From the NCBI GenBank assembly GCA_963739455.1, contig CAVUAK010000002.1:260054-324053 (forward strand): a stretch of DNA of 64,000 nucleotides, read 5' to 3'. This document shows positions 52,385-61,737 of the stretch, one piece after another; position 1 is the first letter of the stretch, and every line of letters starts with the position of its first letter. Source of the stretch: an uncultured Gemmatimonadales bacterium. GTDB lineage: Bacteria; Gemmatimonadota; Gemmatimonadetes; Gemmatimonadales; GWC2-71-9. Position numbers and translations under genes: made by a program. The notes under the pieces are model-generated. The model had not been told where the DNA came from. It worked only from the letters and a program-made list of their open reading frames with translations, and searched no databases.

Positions 52385-52421
52385 CCGATATTTCCAGCGC
52401 CAACAATGTAACCCGAAGCAA

Positions 52422-52895
52422 TTACTCGGCAATAGGAAATCCTACGGAGGCCAGCCGATCGGCCGGCACGGCAAGCAGCAGGTCGATTCGCCGCGAAAGG
52501 AGGTTCCGCGCCCCCTCGAATGCGCGCTGCTTCACCTCATTCGATCCCTCCACCTCGGCGGGGTCGTCCATGCCCCAATGGGCGAATGTTGGCTGACCAG
52601 GAAAGACCGGGCACGCTTCCTTCGCATTGTCACAGACAGTGATGATCAGGTCCCAGTGCTGGTTCACGAGCCCGTCGATCCCGCGCGGTTGCCTGCCCTC
52701 CCAGGAAATGCCGATGTCGGCAAGTGCCTGAATGGCGTATGGATTGACTCGCGCCGCCGGCCGGGAGCCGGCGCTCTCGGCGTGAAAGCGGCCCTGCCCC
52801 TTCCGGTTGAGGAGTGCCTCAGCCATCTGGCTGCGCGCCGAATTGCCGGTGCAGAGGAACAGCACGCGATACGGCTGCCTCGCCAGACTAGACAT
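52422..52895 (-). CDS. arsC: thioredoxin-coupled arsenate reductase (LMW-PTP fold)
   Basis: LFLCTGNSARSQMAE, TVCDNAKEACP and HW..DDP motifs. Confidence 0.9.
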   Translation of the reverse strand: MSSLARQPYRVLFLCTGNSARSQMAEALLNRKGQGRFHAESAGSRPAARVNPYAIQALADIGISWEGRQPRGIDGLVNQHWDLIITVCDNAKEACPVFPGQPTFAHWGMDDPAEVEGSNEVKQRAFEGARNLLSRRIDLLLAVPADRLASVGFPIAE

Positions 52896-53547
52896 GCTTC
52901 GTTCCCTTTCTGAGATAGTCATATGCGACGACGGCGAGGCCCGCGCCGACCATCGGGCCAACCCAGTAGATCCACTGCTCCTGCCAAATGTCATTCGCGA
53001 AGGCTGGTCCGAAGCTGCGCGCCGGATTCATGCTCGCCCCTGTCAGCGGCCCCGCCATGAGTGCCTCGCCTCCCACCGTCGCGCCGATGGCGAGGCCGGC
53101 CACCGCGCCCGCCACGCGTGCGTCGGTCGCCACGGCCATGATCACGAGCATGAGGAAAAATGTCAGGACACCCTCGAGGGCGACGGCGGATCCGGGAGGC
53201 AGGATGGTGGTCGTCATGCTCCCGCGAGCTGACGCACCGAGTAGCACGCGCAGGAAGAGGGCGGCGACGGTGGCACCGGTGAGTTGCGCGCCGACATAAG
53301 GGACCACGTCAGCTCGGGGGAAGCGTCGGGCCAGCCAGAAGCCGAGTGTCACGGCGGGATTGAGGTGCGCGCCCGAGATATGGCCAAGGGCATACACTGC
53401 GGCGATGAGGACAAAGGCGAATGCCAACGCGACGCCGGTGTGGGTTACCGAATCAGGCACGAGACGATCAACCGCCGCTGCCCCCGGGCCAACCAGGACG
53501 AGCATGAAGGTGCCGACTGCTTCTGCGGCAAGCCGCGCGCCTTTCAC
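52888..53547 (-). CDS. MIP-family channel (aquaporin/aquaglyceroporin), probable As(III) channel
   Basis: SGAHLNPAVT and GASMNPARS; GTG start overlaps the upstream stop; ars context. Confidence 0.88.
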   Translation of the reverse strand: MKGARLAAEAVGTFMLVLVGPGAAAVDRLVPDSVTHTGVALAFAFVLIAAVYALGHISGAHLNPAVTLGFWLARRFPRADVVPYVGAQLTGATVAALFLRVLLGASARGSMTTTILPPGSAVALEGVLTFFLMLVIMAVATDARVAGAVAGLAIGATVGGEALMAGPLTGASMNPARSFGPAFANDIWQEQWIYWVGPMVGAGLAVVAYDYLRKGTKHV

Positions 53548-53993
53548 TTCGACCCTGCCATCCGACGCATGACCACCGCCGAAGCCGGACAAGCCACGGC
53601 GAACTCCACGGAATTGCGGATCCCATGCGGCACGTCGCTGCGCGCCGTCACCTCGAAACCACGGCGATGGAAGAATGCCTCGGCGGTGTCGGTAAGAAGG
53701 AAAGTGTGGCGAGCGCCGAGTTCCCAGGCCATCGCGAGGGCGGCGTCCGAAAGGAGCGCCCCGAGACCGCCACCACGGTGTGAAGGCGCCACGACCACCG
53801 ACCGCAGCAGTGCGGCGTCACCATAGAGCTCGAGGCCTGCCGCCCCCACAACGAGATCGTCGTCCTCGGCGACCAGAAAGTGCTCGAGCTCCTCAGAGAG
53901 GCCATCGAGCGGCAGCCTGGCCGCAGCAAGGAGCTCGCAGACGCCACGACGATCGGCGGCGCCTGCGATGCGAATGGCGGCTCTCGTGCTCAC
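53544..53993 (-). CDS. arsN2: arsenic resistance GNAT N-acetyltransferase (ArsN2-like)
   Basis: [17 protein letters not shown]...[16 protein letters not shown] and SVEF...CPASA.VM. Confidence 0.8.
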   Translation of the reverse strand: MSTRAAIRIAGAADRRGVCELLAAARLPLDGLSEELEHFLVAEDDDLVVGAAGLELYGDAALLRSVVVAPSHRGGGLGALLSDAALAMAWELGARHTFLLTDTAEAFFHRRGFEVTARSDVPHGIRNSVEFAVACPASAVVMRRMAGSK

Positions 53994-54814
53994 GCAGCCG
54001 GCTTCCGCGCCCGGATGAATGCCCCCATGACGCGGCCGCCCACTTCGCGCGCCAGGACTTCGGTATCGAGGCCCGCCCCGCCAAGGAACGCCGCGGCGTC
54101 CTCAAACTCGTAGACTCGCGTCGGCTCGATGGAGACGTCGGTGAAGCCAGTCGCCTCCAGCATCGAGATGAACTGCCTGCTCCTCGAGCGCGCCTGCCAC
54201 GCAGCCGACCCAGAGTTCCATGCTGTGGCGCACCGCGGGCGGTACATCGCCCCGGATCACCACGTCCGACACCGCCAGCCTGCCACCCGGCTTGAGCACC
54301 CGAAAGGCCTCGGCGAAGACCTGGCGCTTGTCCACCGACAGGTTGATGACGCAGTTCGAGATGATCACGTCCACCGTATTGGCAGGCAGCGGGATCTCCT
54401 CGATGGTGCCCTTGAGGAACTCGACGTTTGTGGCGCCGGCCTTCAGGCTTGTTCGACCGGGCGAGGGCCAGCATCTCGTCAGTCATGTCCAGGCCATACG
54501 CCTTGCCGGTGGGCCCGACGCGCTGCGCCGAGAGCAGCACGTCGATGCCGCCGCCGCTGCCGAGGTCGAGTACGACTTCGCCTGCGTGCAGGTCCGCGAG
54601 GGCGGTGGGGTTGCCGCACCCGAGCGACGCGAGGACTGCGGTCTCGGGCAAGGGTCGCCGTCTGCTCGGCGCTGTAGAGGTTGGCAGTGATCGGGTCATC
54701 GGATCCGGCGCCGCAGGATCCGCCGCAGCAACTGTTCGACTGCCCCTGCACTACCCTCAGGGCGGCGCCGGCGTAGGCCTGGCGCACCGCTTCCCTCGTG
54801 TCGGTGTTGCTCAT
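53990..54814 (-). CDS. arsM: arsenite S-adenosylmethionine methyltransferase (three frameshifts)
   Basis: [34 protein letters not shown] and WVGCVAGA reconstructed across frames. Confidence 0.9.
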
Positions 54815-54825
54815 TGCAGTGCTCC

Positions 54826-54841
54826 ATCAAGAATGGTTGAT
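54826..54841. promoter_or_regulatory. ArsR operator upstream of arsM
   Basis: ATCAA-GAATGG-TTGAT. Confidence 0.75.
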
Positions 54842-54859
54842 GCATTAGAGCCGAACAAT

Positions 54860-55178
54860 TCAGCCACAGCAGCGGGCCGCCTTCCTCCAGCCGCTGGATG
54901 GCGCACTGGTGAGGAAAGGTCGCGACCTCGTCGACCGCTTCGTCGACCAGGGTGTAGTAGACCCAACGTCCGTCGCGCCGGTCGGTGACCAGGCCGGCGT
55001 CCTTGAGGACCTTGAGATGGAAGGACAGGCGCGACTGGGCGGCGTCGAGGGCGCTTGTCAACTCGCACACGCACTGCTCGCCCGGCTTGAGCAGGGCGAT
55101 GATCTCCAGGCGAGTCGGGTCGGACAGGGCCCGGAGGCGCTGCACGGTGCGGGTGAGGTCGACGGTCGGTTGGGCCAT
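54860..55178 (-). CDS. arsR: ArsR/SmtB-family repressor (frameshift near 54915)
   Basis: [26 protein letters not shown] and GRWVYY; removing one base gives the end [12 protein letters not shown]. Confidence 0.9.
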
Positions 55179-55183
55179 GACGT

Positions 55184-55213
55184 AGTATACATCAAGTTGT
55201 ATTGATATGTCAA
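55184..55213 (-). promoter_or_regulatory. arsR promoter with ArsR operator in the spacer
   Basis: Minus strand TTGACA-18 nt-TATACT; ATCAA-GTTGTA-TTGAT at 55191-55206; ATG 5 nt after the -10. Confidence 0.8.
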
Positions 55214-55278
55214 GCGGGGCCACGACCGAATGACCGGCCCCGGATTGCGTCGGCGCGACCGACTTGCTAGCCTGCCGC

Positions 55279-55894
55279 ATGACCGACTCAACTCCCAAGG
55301 GAACGCCGCTCGGCGCCGGCCGACTGGAAGCGTTCAGCGACGGCGTCCTCGCCATCATCATCACGATCATGGTGCTCGAGCTGAAGGTGCCGCACGACGA
55401 CTCGGTCGCGGCGCTTGCTCCCCTGATACCGGTGTTACTGAGCTACCTGCTCAGCTTCGTGTACGTCGGCATCTACTGGACCAACCACCACCACATGATG
55501 CATACCTGCGCCAGGGTGACGGGCCCGATACTCTGGGCCAATCTTCACCTGCTCTTCTGGCTGTCGCTGGTGCCGTTCGTCACCGGATGGATGGGCGAGA
55601 ATCACTTCGCGTCGATCCCGACAGCCTTGTACGGCGTGGTGCTCTTCATGGCAGGGATGGCCTACGTGATCCTGCAGCAGCAGATCATCGCGTCGCAGGG
55701 TCCGGACTCGTTGCTGACAGCGCGCCGTGCAGGGCGACCGGAAGGGGAAGGCATCCGAACTGCTGTATCTGGTGGCGATCCTGCTGGCATTTCGGTGGCG
55801 GTGGGCCGCGCAGGCGATCTACGTCTTCGTGGCGCTGATGTGGCTGGTGCCCGACAAGCGCATCGAGGAGACACTCGCCAGCCGGGGGAGCTGA
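55279..55894 (+). CDS. TMEM175-family potassium channel (frameshift near 55725)
   Basis: RLEAFSDGVLAIIITIMVLEL, YWTNHH, NLHLLFWLSLVPF and WLVPDKRIE. Confidence 0.88.
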
Positions 55895-55922
55895 CCAGTG
55901 AGAAGCCTGGTTTTGTATCAAG

Positions 55923-56008
55923 TGCCCGGAGCAGGACTCGAACCTGCACGAGGATTGCTCCTCAACGGATTTTAAGTCCGCGACGTCTACCAGTTTCGCC
56001 ATCCGGGC
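55923..56008 (-). tRNA. tRNA-Leu(TAA)
   Basis: GCCCGGATGGCGAAACTGGTAGACG...GACT-TAA-AATC, long variable arm, GGTTCGAGTCC...CCGGGCA; CCA not encoded. Confidence 0.95.
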
Positions 56009-56036
56009 CTACCACCTGTAACCTACACCGGCTGCG

Positions 56037-57181
56037 TCAGCGGTCGATCTTCACACCGCCGCTCGCCCGACCTTCCCACACCTGCGGCGTGCGGCCGTAC
56101 TTCCGGCGCAAATCCCTCCTGGATCCGCGCCACCACTGCATCCGCCGACCGCTCCGGCGCGAGGACGATCACGACGCCACCCCACCCTGCCCCGGTCAAC
56201 CGCGCGCCCGTGGCACCCGCTTTTCGCGCCAACGCGACGATGGCGTCGGCCTCATCGCACGACGACTCGAAATCGCGACGCAGCGAGTCGTGACCGGCGT
56301 AGAGAAGTTCGCCAAACCGAGTCCGTCGACCGCGGCGGAGCGCGTCCACCCCTTCGTGCACTCGCGCCGTCTCCGTCACCACGTGCCGGACCCGTCGCGC
56401 CAGCGTTCTCGGCAGTTCGCGCCCGACCCTCGGCAGCGCCCGAACGGGGATCTCGGCGAGCGAGTTCAGTTCCGGGCATGAAGCGACGGCATCGTCGCAG
56501 TGCCTCCTCGCACTCGATGCGGCGGTGCTCGTACTCCCCGGCCACCAGCGCGTGGCGAAGCCCGCTGTCGATCATGCGCACGCTGCCTGTGAACGGCGCC
56601 TGGCGTCGTTCGCCCGTTGCGGCGTCGAACTCGAGCGCCTTCCCCGCCCGCCCGAACACCGCGATGGTCTGGTCCATCCGGCCACAGCGCACGCCGGCAT
56701 AGCCGGTTTCGGCGCGCCAGGCGACGTCGACCAGTGCGTCGGGGGCGAGGCGCCGGCCGGCCAGCGTCGACAGGGCCGCCGCCGCGCTCACGGTGAGTGC
56801 CGCCGACGACGAGAGCCCCGCGCCCGCCGGCACCGTACTCGCCACCGTGACGTCGGCACCGGACAGGTCGACGCCCAGGGCACCGAGCTCGCGCACCACC
56901 CCGACCAGGTAGTCGGACCAATGACCGCGTGGCCCGTCCTCGATGCGCCGCTCCACCACGCCCGGCTCGAGCGTCGACGCAAAGCGAAAGCCGTGCGCCG
57001 GCCGTGCATGGACGACGGTGCGGAGGTCGAGGGCAATCGGGAGGACGGGCCCCCCGTTATAATCGGTGTGCTCACCCAGCAGGTTGACGCGGCCGGGCGC
57101 CGACGCGGATACCTCCGGCGCCGTGCCGAAGAGTTCGCGAAAGAGTGCATTCCCGGCTTGTCGCGGTCCCTGTTTCGCCAT
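56037..57181 (-). CDS. galK: galactokinase (GHMP kinase; two frameshifts)
   Basis: APGRVNLLGEHTDYN, PAGAGLSSSAA, CGRMDQ and GARLTGAGWGG motifs. Confidence 0.88.
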
Positions 57182-57208
57182 TCCGCAGTGCCCGTCGGAG
57201 GAAACCTG

Positions 57209-58772
57209 GTGCGGCTTGTCTGGTGCGCGCTGCTGACGACCCTGTTGCTGCCGGCTGCGAGCGAGGCCCAGCTGGCGCCGATCGGCATCCCCCGCGGACT
57301 GCTGCGGTTCGGGATCGATGGCTCGTTCGCGTATGCGAACGAGCGCTTCAACGACGGCACGCGCGAGAACCTCGGCGCCAACTTCACGTCACCCGCGCTT
57401 GGGTCGGACCAGATTCCGACGCTCGCCGAGGCCGACCAGCGCATCGCGGTACTGCTGAACCAGCCCGGCTACAAGCTGAATCTCGGCGCCTCGATCGGAA
57501 CGGCGCAGGTGTCGAGCGGCACCGGCGCGTTCAGCATTGGCCTCGGCATTACCCGTGGCCTCGCGATCTACGGCCGGCTTCCCATCGTCAGCACCTGGTG
57601 GAGGCAGGGCGTCTCCATTGATACCGCCACATCCACGGCCGGTGTCAACCAGGCCGATCCGGTGATCGGGAACACCACCGGTGCCTCGGTGGCGGAGTCG
57701 TTCTTCACCGAGTTCAACACCTCACTGGCGGGACTGGAGCAGCGCATCGCCTCTGGCGTCGTACGATGGCGATCCCACGCAAAAGGCGCTCGCCATCCAG
57801 ACGCTCGCCTCGGGCACGGCCCTGTCGGACAGCCTCAGCGCGTTGATCACCAACGCCGGCACGGCGTCGCCATTCCTGCCGTTGGCCTCGAGCAGCGCCG
57901 GCCAGACGCTGAGTGGGCAGGTCACCTCGGTGCAGCAGGCCCTCGACGGCTCTAGGCGCGGGCGGGTTCACTGCCGCGCTGCCGTTGCCCACGGACCCGG
58001 CACAGGCAACCGACCTCAATAGCTACGCCACCGCGGCATCAGGCTCCATCGGGTATTCGTCGCTCACCAACAGCAAGCGCACCGGCATCGGCGATGTGGA
58101 AGTTGGCGCGGTGTACACCGCGATCGATCACTGGAATGCCGATGCCGCGCGCGGCGTGCGCCTCGCTGCCATCGGCACGGTCCGCTTCCCGACCGGTGCG
58201 GTGGCCCTGCCGACTGACCCCTATGGCGTTTCCCTCGGGGCCGGCACTCCCGCCGATCGGATTCGGCCTGGCGCTCGATCTCGGCGGAGGCACGTTCGGG
58301 GCCCGGATCAGCGGCGGATACCTGCTCCAGCTTTCAGGGGACTTCACGCGCCGGGTGGGCAGTCCCCTGACGGCGATCGTGCCGCGCAGTGCCACCGCCG
58401 ACGTGACCGTGAACCCTGGCGACCAGGTCCGTATCGGCATTGCACCGTTTGTCCGCCTGGCGCGCGCGTTCGGCGTCGTGGGTTCGGCGGTGTGGCTCAA
58501 CCAGGGCACGGACGACGTGCGCTACGCCACCGCCGCCGACTCGGTGCCCGGCGTACCGGCCTCCCTCCTGGCGGAGGGGACGGGAGCATCGCGGTTCCTG
58601 CTGTCGATCGGGGTGACATACTCTTCACCGGGCACGCGCGCAGATGGTACCGGCCGGCATGCCGATCGACGCCGGCTGGCGCTGGGAAACGACGGTGGCT
58701 TCGTCCGGGGGCATCGCCACGAGCTGGTCGGCGATCGTGTTCTTCGCCCAGATCTACGCGCGGATCTGGTAG
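57209..58772 (+). CDS. exported / outer-membrane beta-barrel-like hypothetical protein (about three frameshifts)
   Basis: Signal peptide (ASEA|Q), GIGDVEVGA, VRFPTG and PGD; reconstructed C-terminus FFAQIYARIW*. Confidence 0.6.
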
Positions 58773-58786
58773 GGCCCCGGTTCAGC

Positions 58787-59181
58787 TTATCGTCGTTGCG
58801 AAGGCGTTCGATAGCCCGCCGATCTCGCTTGGTGGGACGGCCGCCTTCGTAGAACGACCGGCGGTGGCGCGCTTCGAAGTCGCTCGGCGGTACGCTCCCG
58901 CGCTGCAATGCTCTCGGCGGTCTCCTCGTACAGTTCCCTCGCCACCGCACGCCGGTCCCCGACGCCCCGACAACCCGCGCACCACCACGATGATGCTGGT
59001 AGGGCCCGAGCCGGATCGAGAGCCGGTCGCCGACATGCACGGCGCGCCCCCGCTTCGGCCGGTCGTCGTTGACGTCGATCTTGCCACTCTCGATCGCGTC
59101 CGCGGCCAGGGCGCGTGTCTTGAAGAAGCGCGCGGCCCAGAGCCACTTGTCGAGCCGGGTCTTTTCGTCGTGCTCTGTCAC
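58787..59181 (-). CDS. hslR: ribosome-associated heat shock protein Hsp15 (S4 domain; frameshifts, end approximate)
   Basis: RLDKWLWAARFFKTR, LYEET and GRPTKRDRR motifs. Confidence 0.85.
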
Positions 59182-60871
59182 GGGACGTGAGGACGTGAAG
59201 ACGTGAGGACCTGATGTGTCGCCAGCAACTCGCGAGCGTGCTTCCGCACGGTGTCACTCTCCGGCGCCGCCGAGCATCCGCGCCACTTCGAGCACCCGGT
59301 CCTCGCCGTGAATCGTCGCGACATCACTCGTTGCGACGCCGCGCTTCGCCGCCTTGGAGACGACGAGATGCTGGTCGGCGCGAGCGGCGATCTGCGGCAG
59401 GTGCGTGATGACCAGCACCTGGTGACGTTCGGCCACCTCAGCGAGGGCCTCACCGACCTGGACGCCGATCTCGCCACCAATGCCCTGGTCGACTTCGTCG
59501 AAGACCAGCGTCGGTACGTGGTCCTGTTTCGCCAGCACGACCTTGAGCGCGAGCATGAGACGTGAGAGTTCGCCGCCGGACGCGACCTTGGCGAGCAGTC
59601 GCTCCTCGAGGCCGGCGTTGAGCTGCACCATGAACGCCGCGGTCTCCTGCCCGAATGCGTGCGGCACCGAGAGTCGCTCGAGCGCCGCCCGGAAGCGGCC
59701 GCCCAGGAAGTCCGAGGCGCGGAAGCCATTTGTTCACCGCGCGCGCCAACCGGTCGGTGGCCGCGGTACGCCGCGCCGACAGCTGCTCCACGGCGTCATG
59801 GCAGCGCCGCCTCGGCCGCCAGGCGCCGCGCAGCCAAGGGCGCGCAGGTCGAGTTCGGCCGTGTCGAGCAGGTCCAGTTCTGCGGCCGCGGCGGCGCGCG
59901 TGTCGAGGACGGCCGCCGAGTCGGCGCCATGCTTCTGGAAGAGCCCGAAGAGCTGGTCGCGGCGCCGTTCCAGTTCGGCGAGCCGCGCCGGATCATCCTG
60001 AACCTCCTGGGCATAGTCCGCCGCAAGCCGAGCCAGTTCGTCGAGGTTGGCGAACGCGGCGTCGAGCAACTCGCGCCACGGTGCCACGGTGGGGTCGGCC
60101 CGCTCGAGTGTGGTCAGCGCGCGGTCTGCCTGGGCCAGCGCGGCGAGCGCGCCGTCGTCTCCCGACCCGGCCGCCTCACTGACCCGTGACGCATGGCCAC
60201 TCAGCGTACCGGCCTGTGAGAGGCGGCGCACCTCCAGCTCGAGCGCCTCCTCCTCATTGGGCTTGAGCTTCGCGCGATCGATCTCGGCGACCACGTGGCG
60301 CAGGTAGTCGGCCCGCCGGCGCACCTCGTCCCGCCGCTGGGTGAGCGCTGATTCTTCCGCCCGCACCGACTCGGTGGCGAGGTGCGCCTCGGCCACGGCG
60401 CCGCGCTCCCGTTCGGCGCCGGCGAAGGCATCGAGCATGTCGCGCTGGGCCTCGGGGCGCAGGAGCGACTCGGTCTCATGCTGTCCGTGGAGGTCCACCA
60501 GGATCGCGCCGAGCTCGCCCAGCACGGTAGCAGTGGTCGGGCTGCCGTTCACCCAGGCACGCGACCGCCCCTCGGTCGACACTTCGCGCCGGACCACGAT
60601 GCGTCCGTCGTCCAGGTCGAGCCCCAGTGCCTCGACGCGCTTTCGCAAGCCGGCGCCAGGAACATCGAACGCGCCTTCCACCACCGCGCGTGAGCGCACC
60701 GGGACGGACGAGGCCGCTATCCGCGCGTCCACCAAGCAAGAGGGCGAGGGCATCGACGAGCATCGACTTCCCCGCCCCGGTCTCGCCGCTCAGGACATTC
60801 AGTCCCGGTGCGAGTTGCAGCGTCACGTCCGCGATCGTGGCAAGGTCGCGAACCCTGAGCTCGGCGATCAT
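59178..60871 (-). CDS. recN: DNA repair protein RecN (about three frameshifts)
   Basis: SGETGAGKS, DLHGQHE, VASGGELSRLML, VFDEVDQGIGG and ITHLPQIAA motifs. Confidence 0.92.
59183..59214. repeat. tandem octamer repeat at the recN 3' end
   Basis: GGACGTGA-GGACGTGA-AGACGTGA-GGACCTGA. Confidence 0.6.
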
Positions 60872-61737
60872 CGCTCGATCTCGCGCTCGGAGAGGTCGCC
60901 CCAGTGGAGCTTGTCGCGCAGCAGCGAGAAGTACCCGAGCGGGTCGAGCCGGACGAGGCAGACCGCCGTGTTGCACCGCTGCACTTCCACCCGGGCGCCC
61001 TCGGCCAGGATGATGCCGGTCTGGCCGTCGAACGACACGAGCAGGTCCTCGGCCCATCCCTCCATCGGTTCCACCGCGATGACGCTGGTGGCCGATGCGA
61101 CCAGCGGGCGCACCGTCATGGTGTGCGCGCAGATCGGCGTGATGCAGATGGCCTCGAGGCCGGGAAGCAGGATCGGCCCGCCGGCACTGAGGGAGTAGGC
61201 GGTGGACCCGGTGGGCGTGGCGATGATGATCCCGTCGGCGCTGAACGGGCCAACGCTCTCGCCGTCCACCGTCACGTTGACCCGCACGACACGCGCGACA
61301 CCGCCCTTGTGCACCACGACATCATTCAGCGCCCGCTGGCTCTGGACCGTCGTGCCGTCACCGAGCGATACCGTTGCGGTGAGCGTGAGGCGCCGCTCGA
61401 CGTGGTAGTCACGCCGGACCAGCGCCTCGACGGCACGCTTCAGGTCGGAGCGCTGGACGCCGGTGAGGAACCCGACACGGCCGAGGTTGACGCCGAGTAT
61501 GGGAACTTCCTGGCCGTTCAGGAGGCGCGCGCCGCGAAGCAGCGTGCCATCGCCGCCAAAGGTGACGAGTGCATCGAGCGGCGCGGATTCGAGGAATGGG
61601 ACCGGACGGTCCCAGAATGGTTCGAGGCGGGGTTCACTGAACAGCCTGACGCCGAGCGTCGGCGCCAGGCTGGCGAGGTCGCGCAGGACCGCCGCCAGGT
61701 CCGCGTACCGCGGGTTCCCGACGACGCCGAGATTCAT
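60868..61737 (-). CDS. nadK: NAD+ kinase
   Basis: GGDGT, GVNLGRVGFL, ALND and ATPTGSTAYSLSAGG motifs. Confidence 0.95.
   Translation of the reverse strand: MNLGVVGNPRYADLAAVLRDLASLAPTLGVRLFSEPRLEPFWDRPVPFLESAPLDALVTFGGDGTLLRGARLLNGQEVPILGVNLGRVGFLTGVQRSDLKRAVEALVRRDYHVERRLTLTATVSLGDGTTVQSQRALNDVVVHKGGVARVVRVNVTVDGESVGPFSADGIIIATPTGSTAYSLSAGGPILLPGLEAICITPICAHTMTVRPLVASATSVIAVEPMEGWAEDLLVSFDGQTGIILAEGARVEVQRCNTAVCLVRLDPLGYFSLLRDKLHWGDLSEREIER

Noticed and set aside
55435-55437. TTA codon in the TMEM175 gene next to tRNA-Leu(TAA), suggesting bldA-like control
   Set aside because: A single codon gives no statistical support, and tRNA proximity is irrelevant to decoding
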